Source: a virus (Duplodnaviria > Caudoviricetes). From it: a DNA stretch of 40,884 nt. The stretch spans positions 1 through 40,884 of the IMG/VR virus record IMGVR_UViG_3300037423_001031. The stretch is one strand, 5' to 3'. The position numbers and the translations under genes were made by a program. The notes below the pieces were generated by a model that worked only from the letters and a program-made list of their open reading frames with translations, did no database searches and was not told the DNA's origin. Shown here piece after piece: positions 33,588-40,884 of this stretch; position 1 is the first letter of the stretch; every line of letters starts with the position of its first letter.

Positions 33588-35605
33588 ATAAGGACCTTAA
33601 ATTGCGCCTGATCCGTGGCGCATACCTGCGGCGCGACGCTGGAAAACGCGCGCTGACGGTGGCGGAGCTGAACCAGGACGGCAAGGGGCGCGACCACGCC
33701 ACCCGGACCATGGAGCTTGTCCGCGCGGACGAGGAAACCAGGACGGTGGAGCTGTCCTTTTCCTCGGAATTTGAGGGGCGCCGCTGGTTCGGAATCGAAA
33801 TCCTGGACCACTCGGACGGGGCCATCCGCCTGGACCGCCTGCGCGGGTCCGGCGCCGTTCTGATGGATCACGATTGGCGGGACCAGGTGGCGGTGGTGGA
33901 GTCCGTGACCATCGACGCCAAGGAACGCAAAGGCCGCGCGGTGGTCCGTTTCAGCCGCAGCGTCCGCGGCCAGGAGATTTTCCAGGACGTTAAGGACGGA
34001 ATCCGCAAGCTGGTGAGCGTGGGTTACCGGGTCCATGACGCCAAGTTAGTGGAAACCAGGGACGGCGTGGACGTGTACCGCGTCACGGACTGGGAACCCT
34101 ATGAAATCAGTTTTGTTTCTGTCCCGTTTGACACCACGGTGGGCGTGGGACGGGACGCCGGACAGGAAATCCCACAAGAGGCCGGCGGGGCGGCCCCTGG
34201 ACAAACTGGCACCGCATCAACCCATCAACGAGGGGCATCCCAAGTGAATACGAAAATCGTCCGGCGCGCGGACGGAACGCTGGTCCGTATCGAAGTGGAC
34301 GCGGCCGGAAACGAGGTCCGGCAAATCGAAGTCCTGGAAACCGCGGAGCAACACCGCGCCGCCATGCAGTCCGGCACCGACACGGAACGCACGCGCGTGA
34401 ATGCCCTTACCGAGCTGGGCAACCAATACCGGGCCGCCGTCCCCAACGCGCCCGACCTGGCCCGCGTGGCGATCCGCGACGGGCACAGCACCGCGCAACT
34501 GCAAGCCGCGATCTTGGACGAAGTGAACAAGCGCATGGGCCGTCCGCTGGACGAGCAGAACCGCGGCGCCGAAATCGGCATGACGCCGGGCGAGGTCCGC
34601 CAGTTCTCGTTCCTGCGCGCCATCCGCCACCTGGCCGACCCCGGCAATTCGCAACTGCGCAAGGAAGCGGCTTTCGAGATCGAGTGCAGCCGCGCCGCCT
34701 CGGAAGCCTACGGCAAGACCCCGCAGGGGATCATGGTTCCCGCGGACGTTCTCGGCCGCGCGTTCAGCACGACCACGCCGGCCGGCGGCGCGGGCGGCAA
34801 CCTGGTTGCAACGGAACTGCAATCCGGTTCATTCATCGAACTGCTGCGGAAACGCGCCTGGGTCCTGCGCAAGGCCCGCCGCCTGGCCGGCCTGGTGGGG
34901 AACGTGGACATTCCGCGCCAGAAAAGCGGAACCGCCGCCTACTGGGTGGGCGAGGGCGGCGCCCCGACCGGGAGCGAAATCGGCACGGACAAGATTTCCT
35001 TCAATCCCAAGACGCTGGCGGCCTATTCCGATATCACCCGCCGCATGCTGATCCAGGCCACGCCGGATGCGGAAATGCTGACCCGCGCCGACCTGCTGAA
35101 GTCCATGGGCCTGGAAATCGACCGCGCCGCCATCTACGGCAGCGGCACGGCGAACCAGCCCCGCGGCGTGCGCAACATGAGCGGAATCAACGCGGTGGCG
35201 TTCGCTGGCGTGCGACCGACCCACGCGGAGCTGGTTGCGATGGAAACCGAAATCGCGGCGGATGACGCGGACGTGGATTCCATGTGCTACTGCGGGAACG
35301 CCAAGTTCCGCGGCCACGCCAAGACCACGCTGAAGTTCGAGGCCGCGGGTTCCGCCACCATCTGGGAGCCGGGGAACACCGTCAACGGCTACGAGGCGTG
35401 CATTTCCAACCAGGTGGAGGACGGAGACGTTTTCTTCGCCAACTGGGACGACCTGATCGTGGCGATGTGGGGCGGCCTGGACCTGACGGTGGACCCCTAC
35501 GCGCTGTCCACCACCGGCGGCGTTCGCATCATCACGTTCCAGGACGTGGATTTCGGCATCCGCCACCCGGAATCCTTCTGCTGGGGCGCGAAGCCCGCGG
35601 CCTGA
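33584..35605 (+). CDS. Prohead protease-major capsid fusion (HK97 fold)
   Basis: N-terminal protease (VELSFSSE, EILDH, VLMDH, VSVGY, WEPYEISFVSVPFD); C-terminal capsid (GGNLVATEL, AYWVGEG, PKTLAAYSDITRRML, WGGLDLTVDPY, RHPESF). Confidence 0.95.
   Translation: MNKDLKLRLIRGAYLRRDAGKRALTVAELNQDGKGRDHATRTMELVRADEETRTVELSFSSEFEGRRWFGIEILDHSDGAIRLDRLRGSGAVLMDHDWRDQVAVVESVTIDAKERKGRAVVRFSRSVRGQEIFQDVKDGIRKLVSVGYRVHDAKLVETRDGVDVYRVTDWEPYEISFVSVPFDTTVGVGRDAGQEIPQEAGGAAPGQTGTASTHQRGASQVNTKIVRRADGTLVRIEVDAAGNEVRQIEVLETAEQHRAAMQSGTDTERTRVNALTELGNQYRAAVPNAPDLARVAIRDGHSTAQLQAAILDEVNKRMGRPLDEQNRGAEIGMTPGEVRQFSFLRAIRHLADPGNSQLRKEAAFEIECSRAASEAYGKTPQGIMVPADVLGRAFSTTTPAGGAGGNLVATELQSGSFIELLRKRAWVLRKARRLAGLVGNVDIPRQKSGTAAYWVGEGGAPTGSEIGTDKISFNPKTLAAYSDITRRMLIQATPDAEMLTRADLLKSMGLEIDRAAIYGSGTANQPRGVRNMSGINAVAFAGVRPTHAELVAMETEIAADDADVDSMCYCGNAKFRGHAKTTLKFEAAGSATIWEPGNTVNGYEACISNQVEDGDVFFANWDDLIVAMWGGLDLTVDPYALSTTGGVRIITFQDVDFGIRHPESFCWGAKPAA
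34166..34246 (+). promoter_or_regulatory. Conserved motif copy 5, -10-like hexamer, internal SD and in-frame GTG for the capsid
   Basis: Motif at 34166-34183, CAAACT at 34202-34207, GAGGGG at 34230-34235, GTG at 34244 in frame with the fusion ORF. Confidence 0.7.
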
Positions 35606-35626
35606 ACGGGCCTGACCCTGTGACAC

Positions 35627-35651
35627 AGGCCGCCAGCCGGCGGCCTTTTTT
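35627..35651 (+). terminator. Intrinsic terminator after the capsid gene
   Basis: AGGCCGCC-AGCC-GGCGGCCT then TTTTT. Confidence 0.8.
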
Positions 35652-35668
35652 CTGAGCAAGGAAAAAAG

Positions 35669-35875
35669 ATGCAAGCGCAACAAATCATGGTCCGCCTTCT
35701 GTCCGCCATCGGCATGGCCGGCGAGCTGAAGCCCGCGGGGACGGAAATTCCGCTGGACCAGCCCGAGGCGGAGGACCTGCTGCGCCGCGGCAAAGCGGAG
35801 CTGATCCAGGCTGACGAGCCCAAGGCCGACCAGGCCGCCGGCAAGGCCCCCGCCAAGGCCGCTAAGGGCGCCTGA
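35669..35875 (+). CDS. Small capsid-adjacent protein
   Basis: AAGGA SD; AGTEIPLDQPEAEDLLRRGKAEL followed by a Lys/Ala tail. Confidence 0.75.
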   Translation: MQAQQIMVRLLSAIGMAGELKPAGTEIPLDQPEAEDLLRRGKAELIQADEPKADQAAGKAPAKAAKGA

Positions 35876-36192
35876 TGCCAGCGTGGGAGGACCCGGCGGA
35901 TTTCCTGCAAACGGATGAGTTTGCAACGTCAGCCACCATCCTGTCCCAGCGTTCCGGCATGACGCGTCCGCTGGTGGGCATCCTGGACGAGCCAGGCGCA
36001 ACCCCGCGCCTGGGCGACTATGAACAGGACAACACCGCGCCGCGTTTCTACTGCCCCGCCTCGGCCGCGGCCGGCATCGAGCGGGGCGACGAACTGACCG
36101 CGAGCACAGGCGCCGTGTATGACGTGATGCGGTCCCCGGAGCCGGACGGTTCCGGGTGGGTGTTCATCATCCTGGCCGCGCGCGGGGAATGA
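35875..36192 (+). CDS. Head-tail joining protein (gpFII-like)
   Basis: TGATG overlap; FLQTDEFATSA, GDELT..GAVYDV..PEPDGSGWVFIIL. Confidence 0.75.
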   Translation: MPAWEDPADFLQTDEFATSATILSQRSGMTRPLVGILDEPGATPRLGDYEQDNTAPRFYCPASAAAGIERGDELTASTGAVYDVMRSPEPDGSGWVFIILAARGE

Positions 36193-36195
36193 CGC

Positions 36196-36759
36196 GTGAG
36201 CGGCGGCGATTTCTTTGAAATCGACACGGACAGCCTGGAGCGCGTGGGCGGCGAGCTGGGCGCCACCGCGCGCCAGGTGGGGCTGGCCCTGGCGCGAGCC
36301 CTGACGCGGACCGCGGCCACGCTGCGGCGCAAATCGGAGCGCGGCTTGCGCACTGAACTGGAGCTGCGCGCGCTGAAGTTCCTGCGCCTGCGCCTGAAGT
36401 CCTTGCGCATGAAGCGGACCCGCGGGTGGCAGGGCGGGGACGTGTCCATTTGGTACGGACTGAACCCCATGCCAGTGGGGGAGTTCAAGGGAAAGCCGAT
36501 GCGGAACGATGCGGGCGCATCGTTCCGCGGAACCCAGTTCCCTGGCGGGTTCGTGGGCCGCAACAAGCGGCGGCAACCCACCGTGTTTAAACGGCGCGGC
36601 GGTGGCCGCCTGCCGATTGAGGAACAAACGCTGGAGGTACAGGACCGGATGCAAGTATTCCTAGAGGACAGAATTTTCCAGGACGTGGAAAACATCTTTT
36701 GGGAGCATTTCAAAAAGGACCTGGCGGCGCGCGTGAAATACAAACTGGGCGAGCAATGA
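36196..36759 (+). CDS. Tail completion/neck protein (lambda gpZ-like)
   Basis: Basic protein with ALARALTRTA, IWYGLNP and VFKRRGGGRLPIE motifs; synteny. Confidence 0.7.
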   Translation: MSGGDFFEIDTDSLERVGGELGATARQVGLALARALTRTAATLRRKSERGLRTELELRALKFLRLRLKSLRMKRTRGWQGGDVSIWYGLNPMPVGEFKGKPMRNDAGASFRGTQFPGGFVGRNKRRQPTVFKRRGGGRLPIEEQTLEVQDRMQVFLEDRIFQDVENIFWEHFKKDLAARVKYKLGEQ

Positions 36760-37334
36760 GCGTGGAAACTGAAATTGGCTTGGCAACGCTTCACCAGGCC
36801 ATCGTGGCAGACATTGCCGCGAAATTCCCCGACATGAAAACGGTGGAGTTTGACCGGGACGACACGGACCGCAAGCCCATTCCGCCATCGAAGTTGCCGG
36901 CTTGCCTGCTGGAGCTGCCCGAGTTTGAGCCCGCGCCCGAGGATGACATGGGCACTGGACAATTTCCGGTTCATGCCAGGTTTGAAGCCTATTTGATAAT
37001 CGGATTTCGCACGCCTGCGGCAAAAATGGAAATCCGCCTGGTGGCCGCATCGTTCGCGGCCTGGTTGCACACCCGGCGCTGGACGAACCCCGCCGACCAG
37101 GCGCACAAAATCCCGACCGGCCCCGCGCTGGTGACCGCGTGCGAGCGGGACGAATTCCACCCCGCGCTGGACAACTGCGAGGTGTGGCGGGTGGAGTGGG
37201 TGCAAACCATTTTCCTGGGCGAAAACGAATTCCAGCATTGGACAGGCACCGTTCCGCAGGCCATGGTTTCGACGGCGCCGGAAATCGGGCCGGAAAATGA
37301 ATCCGCTTACCAGCCTATCGGGGGCCAGGCATGA
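36756..37334 (+). CDS. Probable tail terminator protein
   Basis: ATGA overlap; LPACLLEL, VWRVEWVQTIFLG; between the gpZ-like gene and the baseplate spike. Confidence 0.65.
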   Translation: MSVETEIGLATLHQAIVADIAAKFPDMKTVEFDRDDTDRKPIPPSKLPACLLELPEFEPAPEDDMGTGQFPVHARFEAYLIIGFRTPAAKMEIRLVAASFAAWLHTRRWTNPADQAHKIPTGPALVTACERDEFHPALDNCEVWRVEWVQTIFLGENEFQHWTGTVPQAMVSTAPEIGPENESAYQPIGGQA

Positions 37335-37987
37335 GCGGCCACGGCGCGGCGGAGGCGGAACGGCGCCTGGCAAACGTGGTCCGCCTCGGCACGGTGGCGG
37401 AGCTGGACGAGGCCGCCGCGCTGGTGCGCGTGGAGTCCGGCGGGATCACCACGGACTGGCGCCCATGGGTTACCGGGCGCGCGGGCGCCACGCGCACCTG
37501 GAGCGCGCCGCGCGTGGGGGAACAGGTGGTTTTGCTGTGCCCCGCAGGCGATACGGGCCAGGCGGTGGTTTTGCCGGCCATTTACCAGGACGCCCACCCG
37601 GCGCCCGCGTCCACAAAGGACGTGGACGCGGTGGAATTCCCGGACGGGTCCCGCGTGGAATATGACAGCGCGGCCAGCGTTTTGACGGTAAATGTGGGTT
37701 CCGGCCAGGTGGTGGTGAATTGCGCCACCGCCACCGTCCAGGCGTCCGATTCTGTGACCGTAGACAGCCCGCAAACCACTTTCACAGGCGCGGTGACGGT
37801 CCAGGGGGCGCTGGCCTGGCAGGCGGGCGCAACTGGCGTGGCTGGAGCTGGGGGCGGGGCGCCGCTGAAAATCACCGGCGGGGTGGAGGTAACCGGCGGC
37901 GATGTGACCGCGGACGGAATCGGCCTGAAAACCCACCACCACACCGAGCAAGGCGACGGGGCAGCCACCAGCGCGGCGCAGGCATAA
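37331..37987 (+). CDS. Baseplate spike (P2 gpV-like)
   Basis: NVVRLGTV, TDWRPW..RAG, WSAPRVGEQV, FPDG..EYD and C-terminal HxH (THHH). Confidence 0.95.
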   Translation: MSGHGAAEAERRLANVVRLGTVAELDEAAALVRVESGGITTDWRPWVTGRAGATRTWSAPRVGEQVVLLCPAGDTGQAVVLPAIYQDAHPAPASTKDVDAVEFPDGSRVEYDSAASVLTVNVGSGQVVVNCATATVQASDSVTVDSPQTTFTGAVTVQGALAWQAGATGVAGAGGGAPLKITGGVEVTGGDVTADGIGLKTHHHTEQGDGAATSAAQA

Positions 37988-37994
37988 GCCGCAG

Positions 37995-38036
37995 GAAATC
38001 CCACAAGAGGCCGCGCGGCGGCCTGCTGGGCACCAT
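37995..38036 (+). promoter_or_regulatory. Conserved motif copy 6 plus -10-like hexamer (baseplate/fibre genes)
   Basis: Motif at 37995-38012, CACCAT at 38031-38036, ATG at 38045. Confidence 0.7.
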
Positions 38037-38044
38037 GCCCGGCC

Positions 38045-38383
38045 ATGAAAGGCACGAACGCGAGCACCGGAAAACCGCTTGAGGGAATCGACCATCTACG
38101 GCAATCCGTCCGCGACATTCTGACCACCGCCGTGGGTTCGCGCGTGATGCGACGGACCTATGGCGCCGGCCTTTTGGCGCTCCAAGACGCGCCGCTGAAC
38201 CGCTCCACGGTGGTGGCAATCGTGGCCGCTGCCGCGTCCGCGCTGGCCCGCTGGGAACCGCGCATCCAGGTGGAGCGGATTGCGGTTTCCAGCCTGGCGG
38301 CGGGAACCCTGGAAATGACGGTGACCGGCGTTTATTTGCCCGAGGGGCAGCGCGTGGCAATTGACGGAATCAAGGTGAACTAA
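38045..38383 (+). CDS. Baseplate protein (P2 gpW/gp25 family)
   Basis: DHLRQSVRDILTT..GSRVMRRTYG and ALARWEPRI motifs. Confidence 0.95.
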   Translation: MKGTNASTGKPLEGIDHLRQSVRDILTTAVGSRVMRRTYGAGLLALQDAPLNRSTVVAIVAAAASALARWEPRIQVERIAVSSLAAGTLEMTVTGVYLPEGQRVAIDGIKVN

Positions 38384-39282
38384 TGGCCGGCGCCTATACG
38401 TCCGTGGACCTGTCGCAACTGGCTCCGCCGGATGCGGTGGTCCCGTTGAGTTACGAAAACATCCTGGCGGAAATGCTGCTGGACCTGCAAGCCAGGGACC
38501 CCGCATTTACTGCGCTGGTGGAGTCGGACCCGGCCTACAAAATACTTCAGGCCGCCGCTTACCGGGAATACCTGTTGCGCCAGGACATGAACGAGTCCAC
38601 GCGCGCGGTGATGCTGGCTTATGCGGCCGGCGCGGACCTGGATCAAATCGGGGCGAATTACGGGGTTGCGCGCCTGCTGATTACCCCGGCTGACGACACC
38701 ACCACGCCACCGACCGCGGCCGTTTATGAGTCGGACGAGGATTTTCGCGCGCGCCTGCTGCTGTCCCTGGACGGGTATTCCACGGCAGGGTCCCGCGGCG
38801 GGTACATATTCCACGCGCTGAGTGCGACCGGGGACGCCAAGGACGTGGCGGTGGAAAGCCTGGCGCCTGGCGTGGTGACGGTTTCCGTACTGTCCCGGAC
38901 GGGCACCGGCGCGGCGCCGGCCGATACCCTGGCCGCGGTTTCCACCGCGCTGTCCGCGGATGAGGTCCGCCCCCTGTGCGATACCGTGGCCGTCCAGTCC
39001 GCCACGGTGGTGAACTACAGCATTGCGGCCACGCTGACGTTTTTCCCCGGCGTGGGCCGCGCTGAAATCCTGGCCGCCGCGCAGGCTGCGGCGCAGTCCT
39101 ACGCGGCGAAACAGCACCGCCTCGGCCGCGCCATCGCGCGGTCCGGCTTGTTCGCGGCGCTCCATCAGCCTGGCGTGGCGTCCGTGGCGCTGACCACGCC
39201 GGCCGCTGACCTGGCCGCGGCGTGGGACCGCGCCTATTACTGCACCGGCGTGACGGTGACGGACGGCGGGGTGGTTGCATGA
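38383..39282 (+). CDS. Baseplate protein (P2 gpJ family)
   Basis: DLSQLAPP, LVESDPAYKIL, AYRE, ESDEDFRAR, STAGS, YIFHALSA and VRPLCDTV motifs. Confidence 0.95.
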   Translation: MAGAYTSVDLSQLAPPDAVVPLSYENILAEMLLDLQARDPAFTALVESDPAYKILQAAAYREYLLRQDMNESTRAVMLAYAAGADLDQIGANYGVARLLITPADDTTTPPTAAVYESDEDFRARLLLSLDGYSTAGSRGGYIFHALSATGDAKDVAVESLAPGVVTVSVLSRTGTGAAPADTLAAVSTALSADEVRPLCDTVAVQSATVVNYSIAATLTFFPGVGRAEILAAAQAAAQSYAAKQHRLGRAIARSGLFAALHQPGVASVALTTPAADLAAAWDRAYYCTGVTVTDGGVVA

Positions 39283-40580
39283 CCGTCCACTACGAAAGCC
39301 GCGGTCCAGCCCGGCTGACGCGCGCGAGCGTGGGCGCTTACCGGGGCGCGGATGGCCTGGTGAAGTGGGCGCCGGTGGACGCGCCCCGTTTCGAGCCGGA
39401 CCCCATCCGCGGCGGAATTCGTTTCCTGTGGGAGGACGCGGCAAAGAATCTGGTCCGCAGGAGCAAAAATCTAAACAACACGGCGGCCTGGACGCGCCAA
39501 ACCAGCCTGACGGTGGTGAATGACGCCACAACGGCCCCGGACGGCGGCCTGGCGGACAAACTCCAGGAAACGGCGGCCGCGTCCTATTTTGGGCTTCAGC
39601 AAACCCCGCCGGAATATCAGGCCCTCACGGAATACACTTTCAGTGTTTGGGGTAAAGCGGCGGAGCGTTCGCGCCTGCTGGTGAGGTTTTTGAATATCAC
39701 CGGTGCCAAGGTGTTATTTGACCTTGCGGACGGAAGTATTCCTATCCAGCCGACAACCGGGAGCGCAAGAACTGAGGCGTGGGGCGACGGGTGGTTCCGT
39801 TGCATTTTCACGTTCACCACGGATGATGTGGCCGACCCGGCTAAATTGTATTTCGCAATTAGCCCTGCCACTACGACGGGATTTTCATATACCGGGACGG
39901 CAGGTTATGGGATATATGCGTGGGGGGCGCAACTGGAGGAAGGCCCCGATTGCACGTCCCTGATTGAAACATTTGGGGGGCCGGCCACCCGCGCCGCTGA
40001 TTTCCCGGTTTTCGTGGAAGGGCCGGACCTGTTGCCGCCAAACGGCACGGCGCAGGAAAGGGCGCTGGAGCTGGTGGCGGCCCGCACGGGCATCGTGCCC
40101 AACCCTGTGCGCGCAAGCTGGGACCCGGACACCTGCCCGGCGGCCCTGCTGCCGTGGCTGGCGTGGGCGCTGGGCGTGGATCAATGGCAGGACGATTTAT
40201 CCGACGAGGCGAAGCGGGAAATTATCCGCGGCGCCGCTGAAATCCGCCGGCAAAAGGGGACCGTTGCCGCAGTAAAGCGCGCCATTTCGCTGGCCGGGTT
40301 CGGTGATTCCACCATCGTGGAAGGAAACCCGGCGCGGAAATTCGACGGGAGCGCGACCTATAACGGCACCTGGCGTTATGGCGACCCGGCGGACTGGGCG
40401 CGATACGTTATTTCCTTGAATAAGCCCATCAGCAACGCGCAGGCGGATTCCGTCCGCGCGATTCTCAAGAACGTGGCGCCCGCGCGCTGCGAGCTTGTCC
40501 AACTGTCGTTTGTTGCGGCAACGTATTTCTACAACGGTGCAATGTCCTATGACGGCACCTATAACCACGGGGCGGCCTAA
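39279..40580 (+). CDS. P2 gpI-like baseplate protein with ~250-aa N-terminal fibre/carbohydrate-binding-like domain
   Basis: gpI motifs (LLPPNGT..ERAL, WDPDTCPAALLPWLAWALGVD.W, KGTVAAVKRA, APARC) start only at about 40026; the upstream part is in the same frame without a stop. Confidence 0.85.
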   Translation: MTVHYESRGPARLTRASVGAYRGADGLVKWAPVDAPRFEPDPIRGGIRFLWEDAAKNLVRRSKNLNNTAAWTRQTSLTVVNDATTAPDGGLADKLQETAAASYFGLQQTPPEYQALTEYTFSVWGKAAERSRLLVRFLNITGAKVLFDLADGSIPIQPTTGSARTEAWGDGWFRCIFTFTTDDVADPAKLYFAISPATTTGFSYTGTAGYGIYAWGAQLEEGPDCTSLIETFGGPATRAADFPVFVEGPDLLPPNGTAQERALELVAARTGIVPNPVRASWDPDTCPAALLPWLAWALGVDQWQDDLSDEAKREIIRGAAEIRRQKGTVAAVKRAISLAGFGDSTIVEGNPARKFDGSATYNGTWRYGDPADWARYVISLNKPISNAQADSVRAILKNVAPARCELVQLSFVAATYFYNGAMSYDGTYNHGAA

Positions 40581-40884
40581 ATGGCAAACCTTGCAGAAAC
40601 CCAAACCTACGATTTGGGCGTTTATCAGATCGAAACCACGGACCCGGTGATGGGCGGGGCCAATGGCCTGGCAAATGCCCCGCTGAAAAACCTGGCGAAC
40701 CGGACCGCGTATCTGAAACAGCATGTGGACGCGCTGGAAACCAATTCCGCGCCCAAGGCGTCCCCGGCGCTGACGGGCACGCCGACCGCGCCCACGGCGG
40801 CGGTGGACACGAACACCACGCAACTGGCGACCACGGCGTTTGTCCTGGCGCAGGCGGCGGCCAGCGCGTCCCCGATGAACGGGA
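40581..40884 (+). CDS. Tail fibre protein, 5' part (runs off the window end)
   Basis: MANLAETQTYDLGVYQIETTDPVMGGANGLANAPLKNLANRTAYLK, then the same repeat unit as at 822-946. Confidence 0.9.
   Translation, partial: MANLAETQTYDLGVYQIETTDPVMGGANGLANAPLKNLANRTAYLKQHVDALETNSAPKASPALTGTPTAPTAAVDTNTTQLATTAFVLAQAAASASPMNG

Overview
The window is an almost complete GC-rich tailed phage genome, most likely infecting a proteobacterium. It is circularly permuted and the break lies inside the repetitive tail-fibre gene, which starts at 40581 and continues at position 1. It combines a lambda-like head/packaging module (Nu1/gpA terminases, candidate cos site, lambda-family portal, protease-capsid fusion) with a P2-like contractile tail and baseplate. 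It also carries a leftward recombination operon (RecE-like nuclease, Sak4-like ATPase, SSB, TraR-like protein), a rightward replication operon (SF2 helicase, ParB-like, VRR-NUC, primase-helicase), an accessory gene cluster, an iteron-rich candidate origin, a Mor/C-like activator and a holin/SAR-endolysin cassette. I found no integrase, CI-type repressor, protelomerase, tRNA, CRISPR array or reverse transcriptase. The strongest unexplained signal is an invariant 18-bp motif, GAAATCCCACAAGAGGCC, seen six times on the + strand. Each copy is followed exactly 18 nt later by an (C/G)A(C/A)NNT hexamer, and three copies lie inside genes, one of them in front of an internal in-frame start in the protease-capsid gene. 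All product calls come from reading motifs and synteny by eye; no database search was run.
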